DNA from: Octopus sinensis
Lineage: Eukaryota
DNA: 64,000 nt
Assembly: GCF_006345805.1 (NCBI RefSeq)
Contig: NC_043001.1
Span: 61,814,001 to 61,878,000 of the forward strand
Direction: 5' to 3'
The notes below the pieces were generated by a model, which was not told where the DNA came from, did no database searches, and saw nothing but the letters and a program-made list of their open reading frames with translations. Positions 28,024 through 42,150 of the stretch are shown here, in pieces. The translations under genes were made by a program, and so were the position numbers. Numbering within the stretch: the first letter of the stretch is position 1; the number at the start of each line of letters is the position of its first letter.

Positions 28024-30110
28024 TTTATATATATATATATTTTCCTGTTGTCAATTTTGTAGCCATATCCTGTTCTATTCAGTTCACTTGAGAGTGGTAT
28101 TAGTGCTATGCAGAAAATTAGTGGTGAAAGTGAGTCACCTTGGAAAATTCCACAGTTTATGTTAATGTTGTTTGAGCGCAATGCTCCATTAGAATGATAT
28201 AATTGGAGCTTCGTGTTCCATAGTGATATATTATACTTTAAAAAATCTGAAATCACAGGAGAAATGTCCAGCGATTTCAGAATCCACGAATGCGGTATGC
28301 TGTCAAATGCTTTCTTATAATCAATCCATGAAGAGCTGAGATTTCTGCGCTTGTTATGGCTGTTCTCAAGGATCATGCGATTAATTAGTAGCTGATCTTT
28401 GCATTCGTATGAGCCTCGTCTGCATCCTTTTTGTTCAGTGTGAAAGAGGTTATTCTCTTCCATAAACGTGTATGTTTTCTCTACTAGAATAGATGTCAAA
28501 ATCTTATAGGTAGTAGATAAACATGTTATAGGCCGGTAGTTTTTTGGTTCTTTCGTTTTGTTATTTTGGGGGAGGAGGTACGTAATACCATTTGCCATCC
28601 AATGGGGTGTTTTGGGGTCTTTCATAATACTATTAAATAGTATTACTAACATTTTGTGTGCGGACGAGAGTGATGAGAGCCAGAAATTTGGTACTCTATC
28701 AATACCAGGAGATTTCCACTTATGAGCCTTCGTTAGTGCCCTCCTTGGGTCGGCGATTGAGATGTCTTCCCATACCTGTTCTTGTAGATTTTGTAGTCAT
28801 CTTTGGTGCGCTTGATCCACTCTACATTTTCATTGTATGGTTTCTCATCACTCCAGATCCCCTTCCAAAAGTTTTCAACTTCTTCCATTAGGGGTGGATT
28901 TTCAATGGTTATTTTTTCTTTCCCTACTTCCCTGTAAAATGATTTGGCATTGGATTTGAACATCTTATTTTGTTTGTAGAATTTGATTCTTTTCTCAAAT
29001 CTGCGTATTCTCTGAGCTTTTGCTTGAACTTTTTGTTTAAGTGTTTCTTTCGCTAACATTAGTTCTTCTCTTGTTGAGTGTCCATATTTTCTCATAATCT
29101 TCCTGCCTTTTCTTGATCTTACATCATTTTCAGAGATTAACTCAGTTAATATTGATATCTCCTTTTGCAATGATTCAATTTCAGTTTCAATTCTACTCCT
29201 CCAGTTTGATTTTCTTTTCGAATTTGGTATTGTTGGCTTTTTAGGTGTTAAACAGCGTCTTTCGATTACCTTAGCGACAGAGTAAATAATTTCATTTAAT
29301 TTATTAAGATCGGGTTTTAGTTGGTGAATGATTTCTTGTGTAACGCAGTTGCCAATTAATTTTTATTTGTGTTTTATGTTTGTGTGCATTGGAGAGTTTA
29401 TGGTGTGGTTCCTTGTCATTCATAGTTGTATGGCCTACAACTGCAAGCTCATTCAGAACTTCTTGCTTCATTTCAATGATAGATTTTCTGTGTTGTTCAG
29501 CAAACATGTGGTCTTCAAACTCTGTTTCGACATCATTTTCCGGGCTGTTTTTTCTAGGGTCATTATATTTTCCTTTTTCTTCAGGATCTTGAGTCGTTTC
29601 GACAGGTAGTCGCCTTTCAGTCAATGCTTGCGGCCCGACATTCCTCTCCCCAGCTTAGTTATTCTTTCCTGACTTACATTTAGGTCATTCTCTACCACTT
29701 TTTTAATAGAGGTTAATTCTGCATCCTTGAGTCTGGTATTTCTGAAGATATCTCTTCTAACATTTGCTAATCTCTTTTCATCCAGGTTTGGTCTGCTAGC
29801 TGGATTCCGGCTCCTCCAAATTCTGTAGGAGTTTGCGTTGTGTTCCTCTTGGGTTGGCCTACTTAATGCAAAGTAATGAGCATATATTACTTCTTTATAT
29901 TCTTCCCGGTTCCATTTAGTTTTTTTCCTTTTTTGATTTTCTGGTCGTTGTGGTGGTGAACTTTGGGGCCTTAATTTGGGACAAATCCCGTTTAAGTGAC
30001 CTTCCAGGTTCGTATTCGGGGAAGATATTCTGCCATTTGAAAATTTTTCGCCATCAGGCTGGCAGCCTCCTGAGGGGCGCGCTTCCTGTATAACCATTGG
30101 ACAAGCGATT
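27050..30110 (-). mobile_element. R4/Dong-type (RLE) LINE copy 1, frameshifted, 3' end missing
   Basis: KWNREEYKEVI N-terminus, NYRPITCL, EQKGCRRGS, WIDYKKAFDS, GIFQGDSLSPL, YMDDLKLY, EGFILAAQDQSL across the ORF fragments. Confidence 0.9.
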
Positions 30111-30219
30111 CGGTGTACTGTTAGAAATTTTCTTTTCAAGTAAAATTAAATTAAGTTTTCATTTAAAAAAAAAAGAATTACCACTAATCTTCATACAGGG
30201 GCCTCATTTATCATCATTA

Positions 30220-30450
30220 ACAGCAGCCGCCCCAGTAGTTGTAGCAGCAGCAATATCATTGTTAGCAGCAGCAACAACAGCAGCAGTAGTAGCAGCAACA
30301 GCAGCAGCAGCAGCAGTGCTAGTACCAGCAGTAGTAGCAGCAGCGGTGGTAGCAGCAGCAGTAGTAGCAGCAACATCAGCAGCAGTAGTAGTGGCCGTAG
30401 TTGTAGCAGCAGCAGTAGCAATAGTAACTGCAGCAGTAGTAGTAGTAGTA
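30220..30450. repeat. Compound (GCA/GTA)n trinucleotide array
   Basis: Direct reading. Confidence 0.9.
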
Positions 30451-31139
30451 AGTGTGGCTCATGTAATTTTTTTTTAGGTGGGATGGGGTCCTATCGGTCA
30501 AAAAAAGCTCAAATGTCTACTACTACTAGCAGCGAACAGTGACCTTAACCTTAAGAAAAATAAGGAAGGGCCGAGTTACTCTGTTCTGTATTATTTGTGA
30601 ATAGAGAGGTTGTGTTCGACCAGAGAGAATCTATTATTAGTATCATTTTTTTTCCATGTGCGTTTGTGTTATTGCAATAAAAAGTATGTTTGCATATTTC
30701 GGGTAGACAGGGAGAAAATAAAGGTAATATTGTAGAGATTGAAGTTGACTTTTCTAGAGATATTTGTATGTCCAGTTAGTGAAAATTTGGTGTGTTTATG
30801 CAATAAAAAGTATATGTTTACATTTATATTTGAATATTCAGAGAGGAAGTAAAGAAAAGTCAAATTTTCATAGAAAGTTTTAAGATTCACCAAAGATAGT
30901 CTTTTGTAAGTCCACAGAAAGAAAAGCGTGATGTTTTTAGAAAGAAGAAGAAAAAAAGGGATGTTTACAGAGGGAAGGATAAGTATTCAAGGCACTTATG
31001 GATATTAAAGTTTTTAAAGATGATCGTTTGTGTGTTTGAAAACTGTAGATATGTAAATTTGTAAATTTCTTAACTTATTTTGAAGAGAATTTTAAATACT
31101 CGCAGGATATTGTAGCTATTCCAGTCTTTGAAAGTTATT

Positions 31140-31152
31140 TTTTCTATTATTA

Positions 31153-31205
<53 letters not shown>

Positions 31206-33700
31206 TTTTTTTTTTTTTATTATTATTATCATCATCATCACAATTATTATTATTATTATTATTATTATTATTTTCATATACACTCAACAGATTCGACTAT
31301 TGGAAAAGAGAAGAATCCTAACATCGGGCTACAAGAAGAAGACTTAGATGCCAAGAAACCTCTAAGTACGCTAACTATCCCTAATAACACTTTTCTGAAG
31401 CTGTACTAAACTTGGTTTTATGTCTATTACCTCTATCCATCTGTTCATATCTTTAGGGATAGTTCCCAATGCACCTATAATTACTGCGATACATTTTATC
31501 CGCTCTTTCCATAGTCTCTGTAATTCAGTAGCTAGGGCCTGGTACTTTGCTATTTTTTCTATACCTCTCATATTGAGTTTTTCATTATGTGGAACTATGA
31601 AGACAATTAACTGGCATTTTCTATTCTCTTTATCTGCCACTACCAAATCAGACCTAACTTCTATTACTCTGTCAGTCTGAATGTTAAAGTCCCACAACAT
31701 CTTATATTTCTTACTTTCTTGTACTTTGCTAGGTTCATGTTCATACCATTTATCAATATGTTCAAATCCTAGATTTCTACATAGCTCCCAGTGGACTACT
31801 CCCCTTAGTTTGTCATGTCTTTTCTTATATTCTTTCTGTGCCAGCATGGTATATTCACTTACTAGATGAGAAACGATTTCTCCTTTTGATTTGCACAATC
31901 TACATTGGGAATCTTCTTGGTTTTTTTCAACTTGGCTTTTATCCAATGAGTCTTTAATGCCTGATCTTGTACAGTTACTAACAAACTTTATATCTCGCTC
32001 TTCAGGTTTCCTTTCTGCAACCATAACCATGTCTCATTATTATTTCCTGCAACTATCTTTGGGAATTTACCATGTCTTGCTGTTATTCTAGCAGCTTTTA
32101 AGAAATTTTGTTCCCTATTACCTACTTAGGAGTCTATATATACTACTCTAGCTAACTCCACGCAGTCTTCCACTGATATTAATCCGCTTCTGCATTCCTT
32201 TCTATGTAGGTATAATCTAGCTAATCCCGCCCCTTTGGGTTGAGTCCTCCATTCATATTCAATTCCTTTCTATTTCTTTTGTCTAGCTTTGCTAATTCAG
32301 GTATTGTCCAATCTACAAAAGCTGCTGAGTAACTAAATAATAATACCGCTGAAGTATTTACAGCCTTCACTAGATTCGGACCATTTAGCTTTGACTTCAT
32401 TAGTTTCCTCACCCTTCTGATGTACTCCTCACTTTTCATTTTCATTTCTGTAGTTAGTATTCTGTCAGATTCTAAATACTTATAACGCTCTCCTCCTTCA
32501 AATGATTTTAATGTCTGGCCATCTGGTAATTGGATGCCTTCACTGTTGACGACCTGTCCTCGTCTCATGATTATCTATGCCAAATTCCATGCTTGCATCT
32601 TTGCTGAAGAGTCTTACAATCCATATTAAGGAATCTGTCTCTTTTTCAGTCTTACTAAAAAGCTTCAAATCTTCCATGTAGAGCAAATGGCTAATTTTTC
32701 TATTAGTTTTTCTGAACTGACACCTTTTCTTTGCCTTCTTTAATATTAAACTGTGGGGGATCAAACATATGACAAATATTAAAGGAGACAACGAGTCCCC
32801 TGGAAAATTCCTCTTTTGATATTAACTTTCCCTAAGAGTGTGTAGAGATCTACTTTTCATTTCTTCATGTTACAGCTAATTGCTTCTCTTATGTTGTCTA
32901 CTATACTGAATATACTCAAACATCCATTTATCCTATTTCATAGGTTTTTTCTGTAATCTATCCATGCTATTGTTAGATTTTTCTTCCTAGCTTCTACTTC
33001 ATTTCGAACAACTTTCTCTATATATAATAGATCATGCGTTCCTCTAGCCTTCTTCTTGCAACGTTCTTCTGGTAGTAAATTCTGGTTGTCAATGTGCTCG
33101 TAATATTTTTCTGAAAGAATTTCTGTTAACAGCTTCCACACTAATGGTGGTGATTGACCTGTATTTGCTAGCTCTTATCTTTCATAATGAGTATTGTCTT
33201 CCCTCTAGTCATCCAACCGGATAATATTCCTCCATTAAGGCAATACTGATGTTGTTCCCTCAGCCCCACCCCACGCAAACTACTGAATGTCTTTAGCTAA
33301 TACCCTTGAACTAAATCTGGTCCTGGGTCCTTCTAATTTGGCATTTTCCCTAAAACTTTACTCATTAATGCACTAGTTAATCTTAGATCTGGCTGCTTCT
33401 CATTCACTATTTCATCCCTCACTTTCTTTAACCATACTGTATCTCCATTATGATTGACTGGCTTATCCCAATTATTACTCCAGAACTTTCTAGCTTCCTC
33501 TGCATTAGGTTTCTCATCTTCAGTACTTCGTTGTCCACTATTTATTTGACTATAAAATCTCCTCTGGTCTGTCTCAAATAATCTATTCTGTTGATACTCA
33601 TCTCTTTTTTCTCATATCTGGAGAATTTACCTGTTACTGCTATGACACACAAGATGTATAGGATTGTCAACCTGTGGGTTATGTCTTGATAATATACTCT
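31140..33700 (-). mobile_element. R4/Dong-type LINE copy 2, degraded, with (AAT)n tail (31140-31272)
   Basis: WIDYRK, YMEDLKLF, CRLCKSKGEIVSHLVSE knuckle, LWDFNIQTDRVI...DLVVADK RLE domain, VIIGALG. Confidence 0.85.
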
Positions 33701-33889
33701 GTATTCTGCATCAAATCCATTGAAGCGAGCTCAAGATTTACCAATCGACGGGAGTACAGTTTAATTGTTTATTTTAAACGATTATTCTAAATGTTTCCTC
33801 TCATTAGATGTGGTTAGCCAAGTCAGGATTTTATCAGAGTACTTGTAAGGTATCTGCCCGGATTTAAAATTTCAATTCCTTTGCGTTAT

Positions 33890-33892
<3 letters not shown>

Positions 33893-33953
<61 letters not shown>

Positions 33954-33956
33954 ATT

Positions 33957-34005
<49 letters not shown>

Positions 34006-34012
34006 ATTGATT

Positions 34013-34099
<87 letters not shown>

Positions 34100-34100
34100 G
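33893..34100. repeat. (TAGA)n microsatellite
   Basis: Direct reading. Confidence 0.95.
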
Positions 34101-34189
34101 GGCAGACAGACAGGCAGACAGACTGACAGACATACCCATACATATCTGCATGCATACATACATTTATACATATACACATGACGTTGTCG

Positions 34190-34620
34190 CAAAAACAATA
34201 TACAATGTCATTCGAAAAACACCTAAAATAATATAGAGAATCCCCTGTTATTGAATACGCACACAAATACCAGCACAGCACAAATAATACTGGTGGAACA
34301 TTCCCATTAAAACATATGTCAAGCGCAAGCATAACATACTGGATATTGTAGTTTGAGACAGACAAGAAAAAGTATGTACCGTCAGCTGTCCTGCTGATCT
34401 GTATATCTCTTTGAAAATGAACGAGAAAGACGATAACTATGGACAATTGCTTTGAAATCTCCAGCTTCTATATCCGGATTACAAATTTACATTTATACCA
34501 ATAATAATAGGAGCATTTGGTTTTGTAAGTATATGCCAAGCTGTCACTCTGTATAAGCTTGGATATTCAGAAAAAGAAGTTAACCAACTGATTCACACAT
34601 TACGAATACGAAAGGAAGGA
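34190..34620 (+). mobile_element. RLE C-terminal fragment from a distinct R2-superfamily LINE family
   Basis: WWNIPIKTYVKRKHNILDIVV*DRQEKVCTVSCPAD...LLYPDYKFTFIPIIIGAFG; differs from the Dong RLE consensus seen elsewhere in the window. Confidence 0.6.
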
Positions 34621-34689
34621 AGACATAGATTGATGCAGTCTCAACCAAAGATTGCAATCATAGAGTTATATACCTAAAGAACACGAATA

Positions 34690-37316
34690 TCTGAATTCTT
34701 GGACTTGTCTGCAAGCATGGAAGTACCAAGAAACTACATTAAATATCAATAGAAGCAAAGGTGTGTACAGAAATTAAAGATCACTCAACCTGTGGTAAAA
34801 CTAGATGAAATGCAAAGCAAATAAGAGCACAAATCAAACTATATTTAAGCACGCTAGAATGTTCAACGATTCTAATGCTGTTACAAACATCACCCACGAG
34901 TCGATGTATGCATCAGAACTTAGAAATAGTGGATTCCACTGTAGCATCGCAGGATCAGTGTCCACCCACTAGAAATTACCAAGCTGGCATTCTTAAAAAT
35001 GGTGCTGATCATTTTTACCATTTTGTAGTAGAACCAGAGAAACAATTAATCACCTCAGTAAAAGCTGTTCGATAGAAGCCTCAAATGAGCACTTGGTCAG
35101 CATTTACACTAGATCATAGTTTGTCAATTTGGACTCACTTACAAGAAGAAACTGATATGAACATAAGCTTCCAAAAATAATAGAAAATATACACATCAAC
35201 TTTCTTTGAGAAACTGCAACACCTATGTGAAGACGTTTGGAAAGTTAAGTAAAGAAAGTTGCTGACAATTACAAACCAATTTCTTACCTCCCGTTAATGT
35301 GGAAGTTACTCTTAGGATGAATTTCAGAAGAACTGTATAAATTTCTTGATGAGAAAGATATATTACCGCCGGAACAAAAAGGCTGTAGAAAGAGATAAGA
35401 TACCAAAGATCAACTATTGATAGACAAAATGGTAATGCAAGATTGTAAACGAACAAATCTGGAATGGACTATCGCAAATCTTATGATATGATTCCACATT
35501 CGTGGATCATCGAGTGGTTAGTTCTGTTTCGAATTGCAAATAATGTACTTGTTTTCTGAAGAGAAGTATGGTAGGGCCGAAAACTGAACTGACATCTTAC
35601 GGAAAATGATTGGTCACCATGGATATCAGAAGAGGGATCTTCCAGGGTGATACTCAATCTCCGCTCCGTTGATTTTGGTTCTCTGCATGATACCCCTGAC
35701 CTTGGTATTCAGGAAAAGGAACCTGGGGTACCAACTAAAGGAAAAAATCCCAAACAATCAGACACCTCCTCTTCATGAACAATTTGAACTTGTATTGCAA
35801 AGATGAGACACAAGTGAGTTCCTTGGTGAAAACGGTCCACTGTTTTAGTACTGATATTAGAATGGAATTTGGACACAAGAAGTGCGGAGTAATCTACCTA
35901 AACAGAGGCAAGGTACAGTCCCTAGCAGGGATAGAATTACCGAATAGACATTTAATTAAACAAATTGAGACGGAAGGATACAAATACCTTGGTGTACTAG
36001 AGTGCAATGAGATAATGGAAAAAGAAATGGAAGAGCAACTGATGATGGAGTATTTCCGAAGACTGAGGTTGGTGTTGCGCTTAAATTGACTGGATGGAAT
36101 AAAATCCAAGCAGTTAATACACGGCCGATAGCATCACTTCGGTATTGAGCAGGAATTATAAAATGGCAAAAGAGAGAAATGAAGAAAATGGATACCAAGA
36201 CCAGCAAAATGTTGACAGTACACGGAGCCTTCTACCCTAAGAGTAACATCGATAGGCTGTACTTGTCCATAAGAAAGGGTGAGAGAGGTTTTGTTAGTTG
36301 CCGGGACTGTAACGAATCAGGGAAAAACAGCATAGGGTGGTATATAAAAAATGCCGTAGAGCCACTGTTGAAACACACGAAGAAGGCCGGCGTCATCAAA
36401 ACTGAAAACTGTGTAACTAAAGAAAACATTAAACAAGAAATGAACAAATTATAAGAATAAGCATGGAAGGAAAAGAAAATGTACAGTCAGTTTGATAGAG
36501 ATATGAACGCCAAAACAGATACAGAGCTATGGATGAAGAAGACTGACCTGAAGTAGAGACAGAAGCACTCATATGTGCTGCTCCGGAACAAGCGTTAAGG
36601 AAAAATTATAAGTGCAGAATTGACAACAGTACCGATAGTAACAAATGCAGAATGTGTGGGGAGAGGGGTGAAATGGTATGGTACATCGTTAGTGAATGCC
36701 TGAAATTGGCACAGCGCGAATACAAACGACGCCATAACAATATGGCAAGAATGATAAATTGGGAGCTCTGTGAAAATCATCGCCCACAAAAAGCAGAGAT
36801 GCGGTATAAGCAAACTGCAGAAGGGGTCACCGAAAATAAGAACTGCAAAATCTTGTGGAATGTAATGATCCAGTAAGATCACCTGACCAGACATAGGAAA
36901 CCGTACGTTGTTGTGGTGAATAAAAAAAAGAAAGGATATATGATAATCGACATAGCATGCACCGGTGATAACAGGATCAGCGTGAAAGAAGAAAAAGTAA
37001 ACTTAAAGTGGGAAATAAGAAGGTAGTGGTCAATGAAGAGAGTAGACGTGACACCAATAGTAATTGGTACACTTGGAGGTATTAGCACTCAACAACCAGC
37101 ATGGCTGGAAAAGATCGGGGCAAGTGTGACGGTAGAGCACCTACAAAAATCAGTATAGCTTGGAACTCCAAGAAGTTTTCGCAGGTTTAGTGAAGCATGG
37201 CCAGTAAAGAAGTGTTACCTTAGCCTGCTGGCTGTGAACAGCTGACACTTTCTGTCATACCCAGCAAAATAAGCTGTGAGTTTTCATATAATAAAAATAG
37301 TATTAGTAGTAGTAAA
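34690..37316 (+). mobile_element. Mosaic R4/Dong-type LINE copy 3 (C-terminal fragment, then RT-knuckle-RLE), followed by (TAA)n 37317-37473
   Basis: ASQDQCPPTRNYQ; GIFQGD; CRMCGERGE...IVSEC; ILWNVMIQ; many stops and frameshifts. Confidence 0.8.
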
Positions 37317-37386
<70 letters not shown>

Positions 37387-37413
37387 GTAATAATAATGAT
37401 AATAATAATAATG

Positions 37414-37473
<60 letters not shown>

Positions 37474-37474
37474 G

Positions 37475-37850
37475 TTTCACATTTTGGCATTAGGCTAGCA
37501 ATTTTAGGGGTAGGGGACAGTCGATTACATTGTTACTCGGCAGAGTGCTAGCTTGGGAATCAGATAGCCGCTACCTATTCCACTGAGAGACGACAGCTCA
37601 GACACTGCGGACAGGTGGTTAGAATGTCAGGAAAGGCTCGCAAGACAGGTTCTTGGTTCTGAGTCGACTGGCAGGAACCCTAGAGATAGACTGAGGTCGA
37701 AATAGTTGTTCAATTTCGATAGTCTCAGTCTGTCACGCTTGGAAATCCAGCTGGAAAGCGTAATGACGGTTGCTTTTGAGAAAATCCTATGAAGGATGTG
37801 CCTCGGGGCTTTACCACCATGACCCTTTCAGGAATAAGCAGTGTCGAAAT
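37475..37850. mobile_element. SINE 3' fragment (-; 37475-37560) adjoining an RTE 3' fragment (+; 37565-37850)
   Basis: Recalled SINE tail similarity; RQLRHCGQVVRM resembles RTE RRLRWFGHVVRM. Confidence 0.5.
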
Positions 37851-38421
37851 TGGATGAATAGATAATAGTCATTATTCGTTTATCAACTACTAACCATAGA
37901 AATGTTGAATCATTTTGAAGGTTTATTGCTAAATTTACAAATCTAATACCTTATTCCAATGAAAATGAAACAGTATAAAAATTAATACTACATAACGTTT
38001 CTTTATTGAGTACGATAATATCTTTGAGTAAAAAATAATATACAAAATAACACAACACTACTTTTGAAGACAGGAATATTAAATATCTCATAAAAAGTTT
38101 TAGTGTGACATGCTGGAGTCTTGTTGTAAATGGAACTTAAATAAAAAAGAGCTGTATCTTATAATTAATTGTAAAAGCAATATTTACAAGCAGTGGGCTA
38201 CACAGTTTTCCCTAGAGTAGGACTAAAAAGTAAGTTCTTGTAAAATCTTGAGAACGAAAGTCATATAAACCACAATTTAAATTTGGAAGAAGCAATAGAA
38301 AGTGCAACATACGCCATTTCATCAGTTTTCTCTTACTTGTATCTTAAAAGATCTAATATGGAAAAAATAAGCGCAGATGTCTTCAGTCTTGCTCGAATCT
38401 ATCAATCATCATCAATCAATA

Positions 38422-38765
38422 TCTATAAATCTGAAATGCGAAAAGTTTGTTTGTCTGGTTTTGGCATTGGGACAGGTTAAAGGGCACTAGATCCCGTCAG
38501 ATTAACTCCAAAATTTACAGGGACATGTAAAATGAGGTGAGGATGTGAGTGGGCTAGGTTAGAAATCCCTATCTTAAAAGGTGTGGTTACTAGGGAAAAA
38601 AATGCACACTTTGACAAGTCTACTCTCATTCTCTTATCTGCCTGTCTTCCTCCATCTCTCTCTCTTTCCTCCCTTCCTTTTACTTTCTCTCTATAACGTC
38701 ATTTGACAGCGTCTACTATCTTTCCCCCGCCGCCTTCGCCAGCACTGTCACTATTTCTCCCACAT

Positions 38766-38796
<31 letters not shown>

Positions 38797-38997
38797 ACGT
38801 TTGTCTGCACTCATAGAGAGAATTATCATCGCCACCACCACCACCACATAATCATGAGAACAGATATTATGAATCAGATATTTATTGGATTAATTTATAT
38901 ATGTGTGTGTGTTCTATACATTAATATGTATATATAATGTATATATACAAAGTGTATATATCTGTATGTATGTATATATATATAAGTATATATATAA

Positions 38998-39091
<94 letters not shown>

Positions 39092-40206
39092 TATATAATT
39101 TGTAATTGATATAGGATAAAATTTTTTTTCGGGAAAAAAATTTTATCAATGGCCAGCATATCAAAAAAATGCCTTTAAAGGTAAAGTTTATACATAATTT
39201 ACTTGTAAATTATATATATAATTTGTATACATTTGTATATATAATGCGTACACACACACACACATATATATGTATATATAATGCGTTATGTACTTATATA
39301 TATTTAATGTGTATATATATATAATGTGTGCATTATGTGGTCGGTTGAGCTGAAAATATGCACACCTATGTTAAAAGTGCTGGCGAGTTTGCATGGCAAC
39401 TATTTTTTTCCTTAAATGAAGGGCGTGACCTCTAGGACAAAATTCCTCATCTTATAAAATGTGGCCCGAGTAGACCCGAATGAAATCGGGTTATATTAAC
39501 CAAAATATGAAAAAGGGTCTAAATGGGGTTGGAAGGGGATTAAAATTTACAGGAGTGGGTGTTTGTGAATTCTCTGTTACATCAAGCTAAAAAATTTGCG
39601 CCAGCCTTTAAATCGTCAATGTGTTGCCGTCCATGATGAAGAAGTTTTGAATGCTTGCCATGGTTAGTCTATTGAGAAAGAATCACTTCAAAACTTGGTG
39701 TTTAGGAATTTTCTTTTACATCAAGTTCAAAATTTTACGCCAGCCGTTAAACTGCCACTACGTCGTTAAGAAATGCCAGCCATGGTGACTCTACTATCCT
39801 CAGATTCTATCTCTTCAAACTTTGGTTTCCAATATTTGAAAATTTTTATTCAGCTCGCAATTTCGTCTGTCCCCTTTAAATGTTAGTGTTTTGCTGTCTG
39901 CCTTGAATCAGACCTTTCCGTTGTCACTGCCTGATATTTATGATTGATCTTTCAAAATATTTTCTTTCTCAACTTACTCAAGATCTTTTGTTTTTTATAA
40001 ATGAGAGAGAGATAGATAGAGAAAGATAGAGAGTAAGAGAAAATGAAGGAGAGTCCGAGAGAAAAGAAGAGTAAGAGAATGGGAAAGTGAGAGAGAAAGG
40101 AGAGAGAAACAAAGAGGGAGAATGTGGTGATAAAAAACAGAATGGAAGCAACAAAAAGTAACAACCACACTCTTACCCGCGCGTAGAACGGGTCGCCTTA
40201 AGCTAG
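38422..40206 (+). mobile_element. Probable non-autonomous Helitron (composite interior with microsatellites)
   Basis: 5' A|TCTATAAATCTGAAATGCGAAAAGTTTGTTTGT; 3' hairpin ACCCG...CGGGT (40175-40193) followed by CTAG|T at 40203-40207. Confidence 0.55.
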
Positions 40207-40449
40207 TTGTTTATAAAAATAAACATAGCTCCCCGAGCATTCGCCATGCACCAACCGGATAAATGTTTATCTGCCACCAAAAACCCTCTGTTTTAACCTC
40301 TTCACATTGCAGAACAACTTATACAACTTCCCCACGGGTAATCTTCTGTTGAAACAGATTATTGTTTGATGAAGTCCAGTGGTCCATTTGCACACCCATT
40401 ATCTTATTTCTTTCTTTGGACTCCTATTTCAAACCAAGTGACTGTTTCA

Positions 40450-42150
40450 GCTTTTTAGTTTGAAATATTATATAGTTTAAAACCACCTGGGGACCTGGCA
40501 GCAGTGGTGGCAAAGGAATAATTCCATACCACCAAAACATCTGAACTCACAAAAAGGATCCTTGCCACAGTACGAAGTGTAATGTCATGTCCAGTTATGG
40601 CATAAATAGCAGAAGTTGATTTTCAGGCTAAAGCACACAGGACTAGGGGAGGGATAACATCAAGACTTATCCTACAGAAGCTCAGCGGTGCGTGGATATT
40701 TATTCATGTTACCTGAACTACTTCCTCATCTTAAGAGTTAAATAGCCCCAGTGTCCTAGTTTTAAGCTCATGAAAGCAGGAGGCAAGCAGAGTACTCCCT
40801 AAATAAACGCAGAGGATAACGGGAAATCACAACTGTATCTTTCTCAAGAAAAATATAAAATCTTAAAACTTCGGCATGGAGATCCATGATCGCTGACACA
40901 TGTATGTCCGGTAACAGAATAATATCTTATTAGTTTTCTTCATGAATTCATCATTTACAAGCTTGGACATTTGAAGTAGATGAAATGAATAGGTGTTCCA
41001 TATATATGACTGAATACAAATATGGAACATAAACTGATTTACAAAAATGAGAATGTCTGCCTATCATAAACTGATTTACAAAAATGAGAATGTCTGCCTA
41101 TCAAAATATCAAGAAATCATTAGTTGAATGTATATTCACTTTTCCTACTAGATTTTACGATTTTCGGGACACTACTTTTTTTCTGCTTCTTGTTTCTGGT
41201 CTCGGGACATGTAATGAAAGTTAGTATGTATGATGATACACTTCCATTTCATCAAGTTGAACAGATATGGGGTTCGTGTTGATCAGACTAAATTTTGAGA
41301 CTAAATTGGTGAGCTTCTTAGTATATTTTACTTGAAGCTGTTCAAGATTAATAGAAAACTCCAATGAGTTTATATTCAACATATCAGACATATTTTACAT
41401 GGTAATAAGATATGATCTCTCTAGACTCTCTAGAAAAGAAATAATGATAGCATTGAACTGGCCAAGAGATTTTCATATTTCAGGAATAGCATTAAATTCG
41501 TTATCAACCACACAACAAATAAGTGCCATTTCTGGATTTATGCTGGATTTATGCTCTTTATTATGGTTTGCACTCCTCTTTCTTCTTGATGCAGTAAAGC
41601 AACCACTAAATTGTTGAACAAGTAATTTTCCTTCGATTTAATCAAAATTTTGTAAAGTGTTCAACGATTTCAATAGCAATAGAAAGGGTATTCATTTGCA
41701 AAGCCAAAAGAATTTCTTCTCAAATAATATGTCAAATACAATTGCGTCAATAAATCTAGCACCGAGTGACAATTGCTTCATCCTAGATATGTTATCACAT
41801 ATTGGAAATCCATCGAACCAAGCGAGTACATCCAAAACACAAGAACACTCATGATGGACTCTTGTACAGAAGTGATGTGGACAGCTCGGAGCTGCAACCA
41901 TTAATCGACAGTATATTAATTGATATGACCTGTAATATAGTGTAATCAGGATTCAAGCAGAGGACTAAAATCCCCGAAACTCCATAGGAACTTAACTTAA
42001 GGTTCCAATTTCTAAAGTCCATTCTTATGGTAATAAGGCCGACTTTAGAAATACCTGGTCCATGGGTTATAAACTGAGCAGTTTGTTCCTCCAGTGCTCG
42101 AGGATGTCTATGGTCTTTCTGCATATTTCCTATTTACTTTCTCGCGTTAA
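40450..42150 (-). pseudogene. Highly degraded DNA-transposon coding relic, Academ(X)-like
   Basis: AIYAITGHD / TSYCGK (about 40558-40612) resembles LPAxHAxTGCDTTSxFxGKG; LKLSSYGVSGILVLCLNPD (about 41945-42005) resembles LxxLLSYELSxxPLSLFxxDG. Recalled motifs only. Confidence 0.4.

Noticed and set aside
38481-39875. Kolobok-like element (TTAA|AGGG ... CCCT|TTAA)
   Set aside because: TIR similarity is only ~10 imperfect bases and the left end lies within Helitron-like 5' sequence; likely chance.
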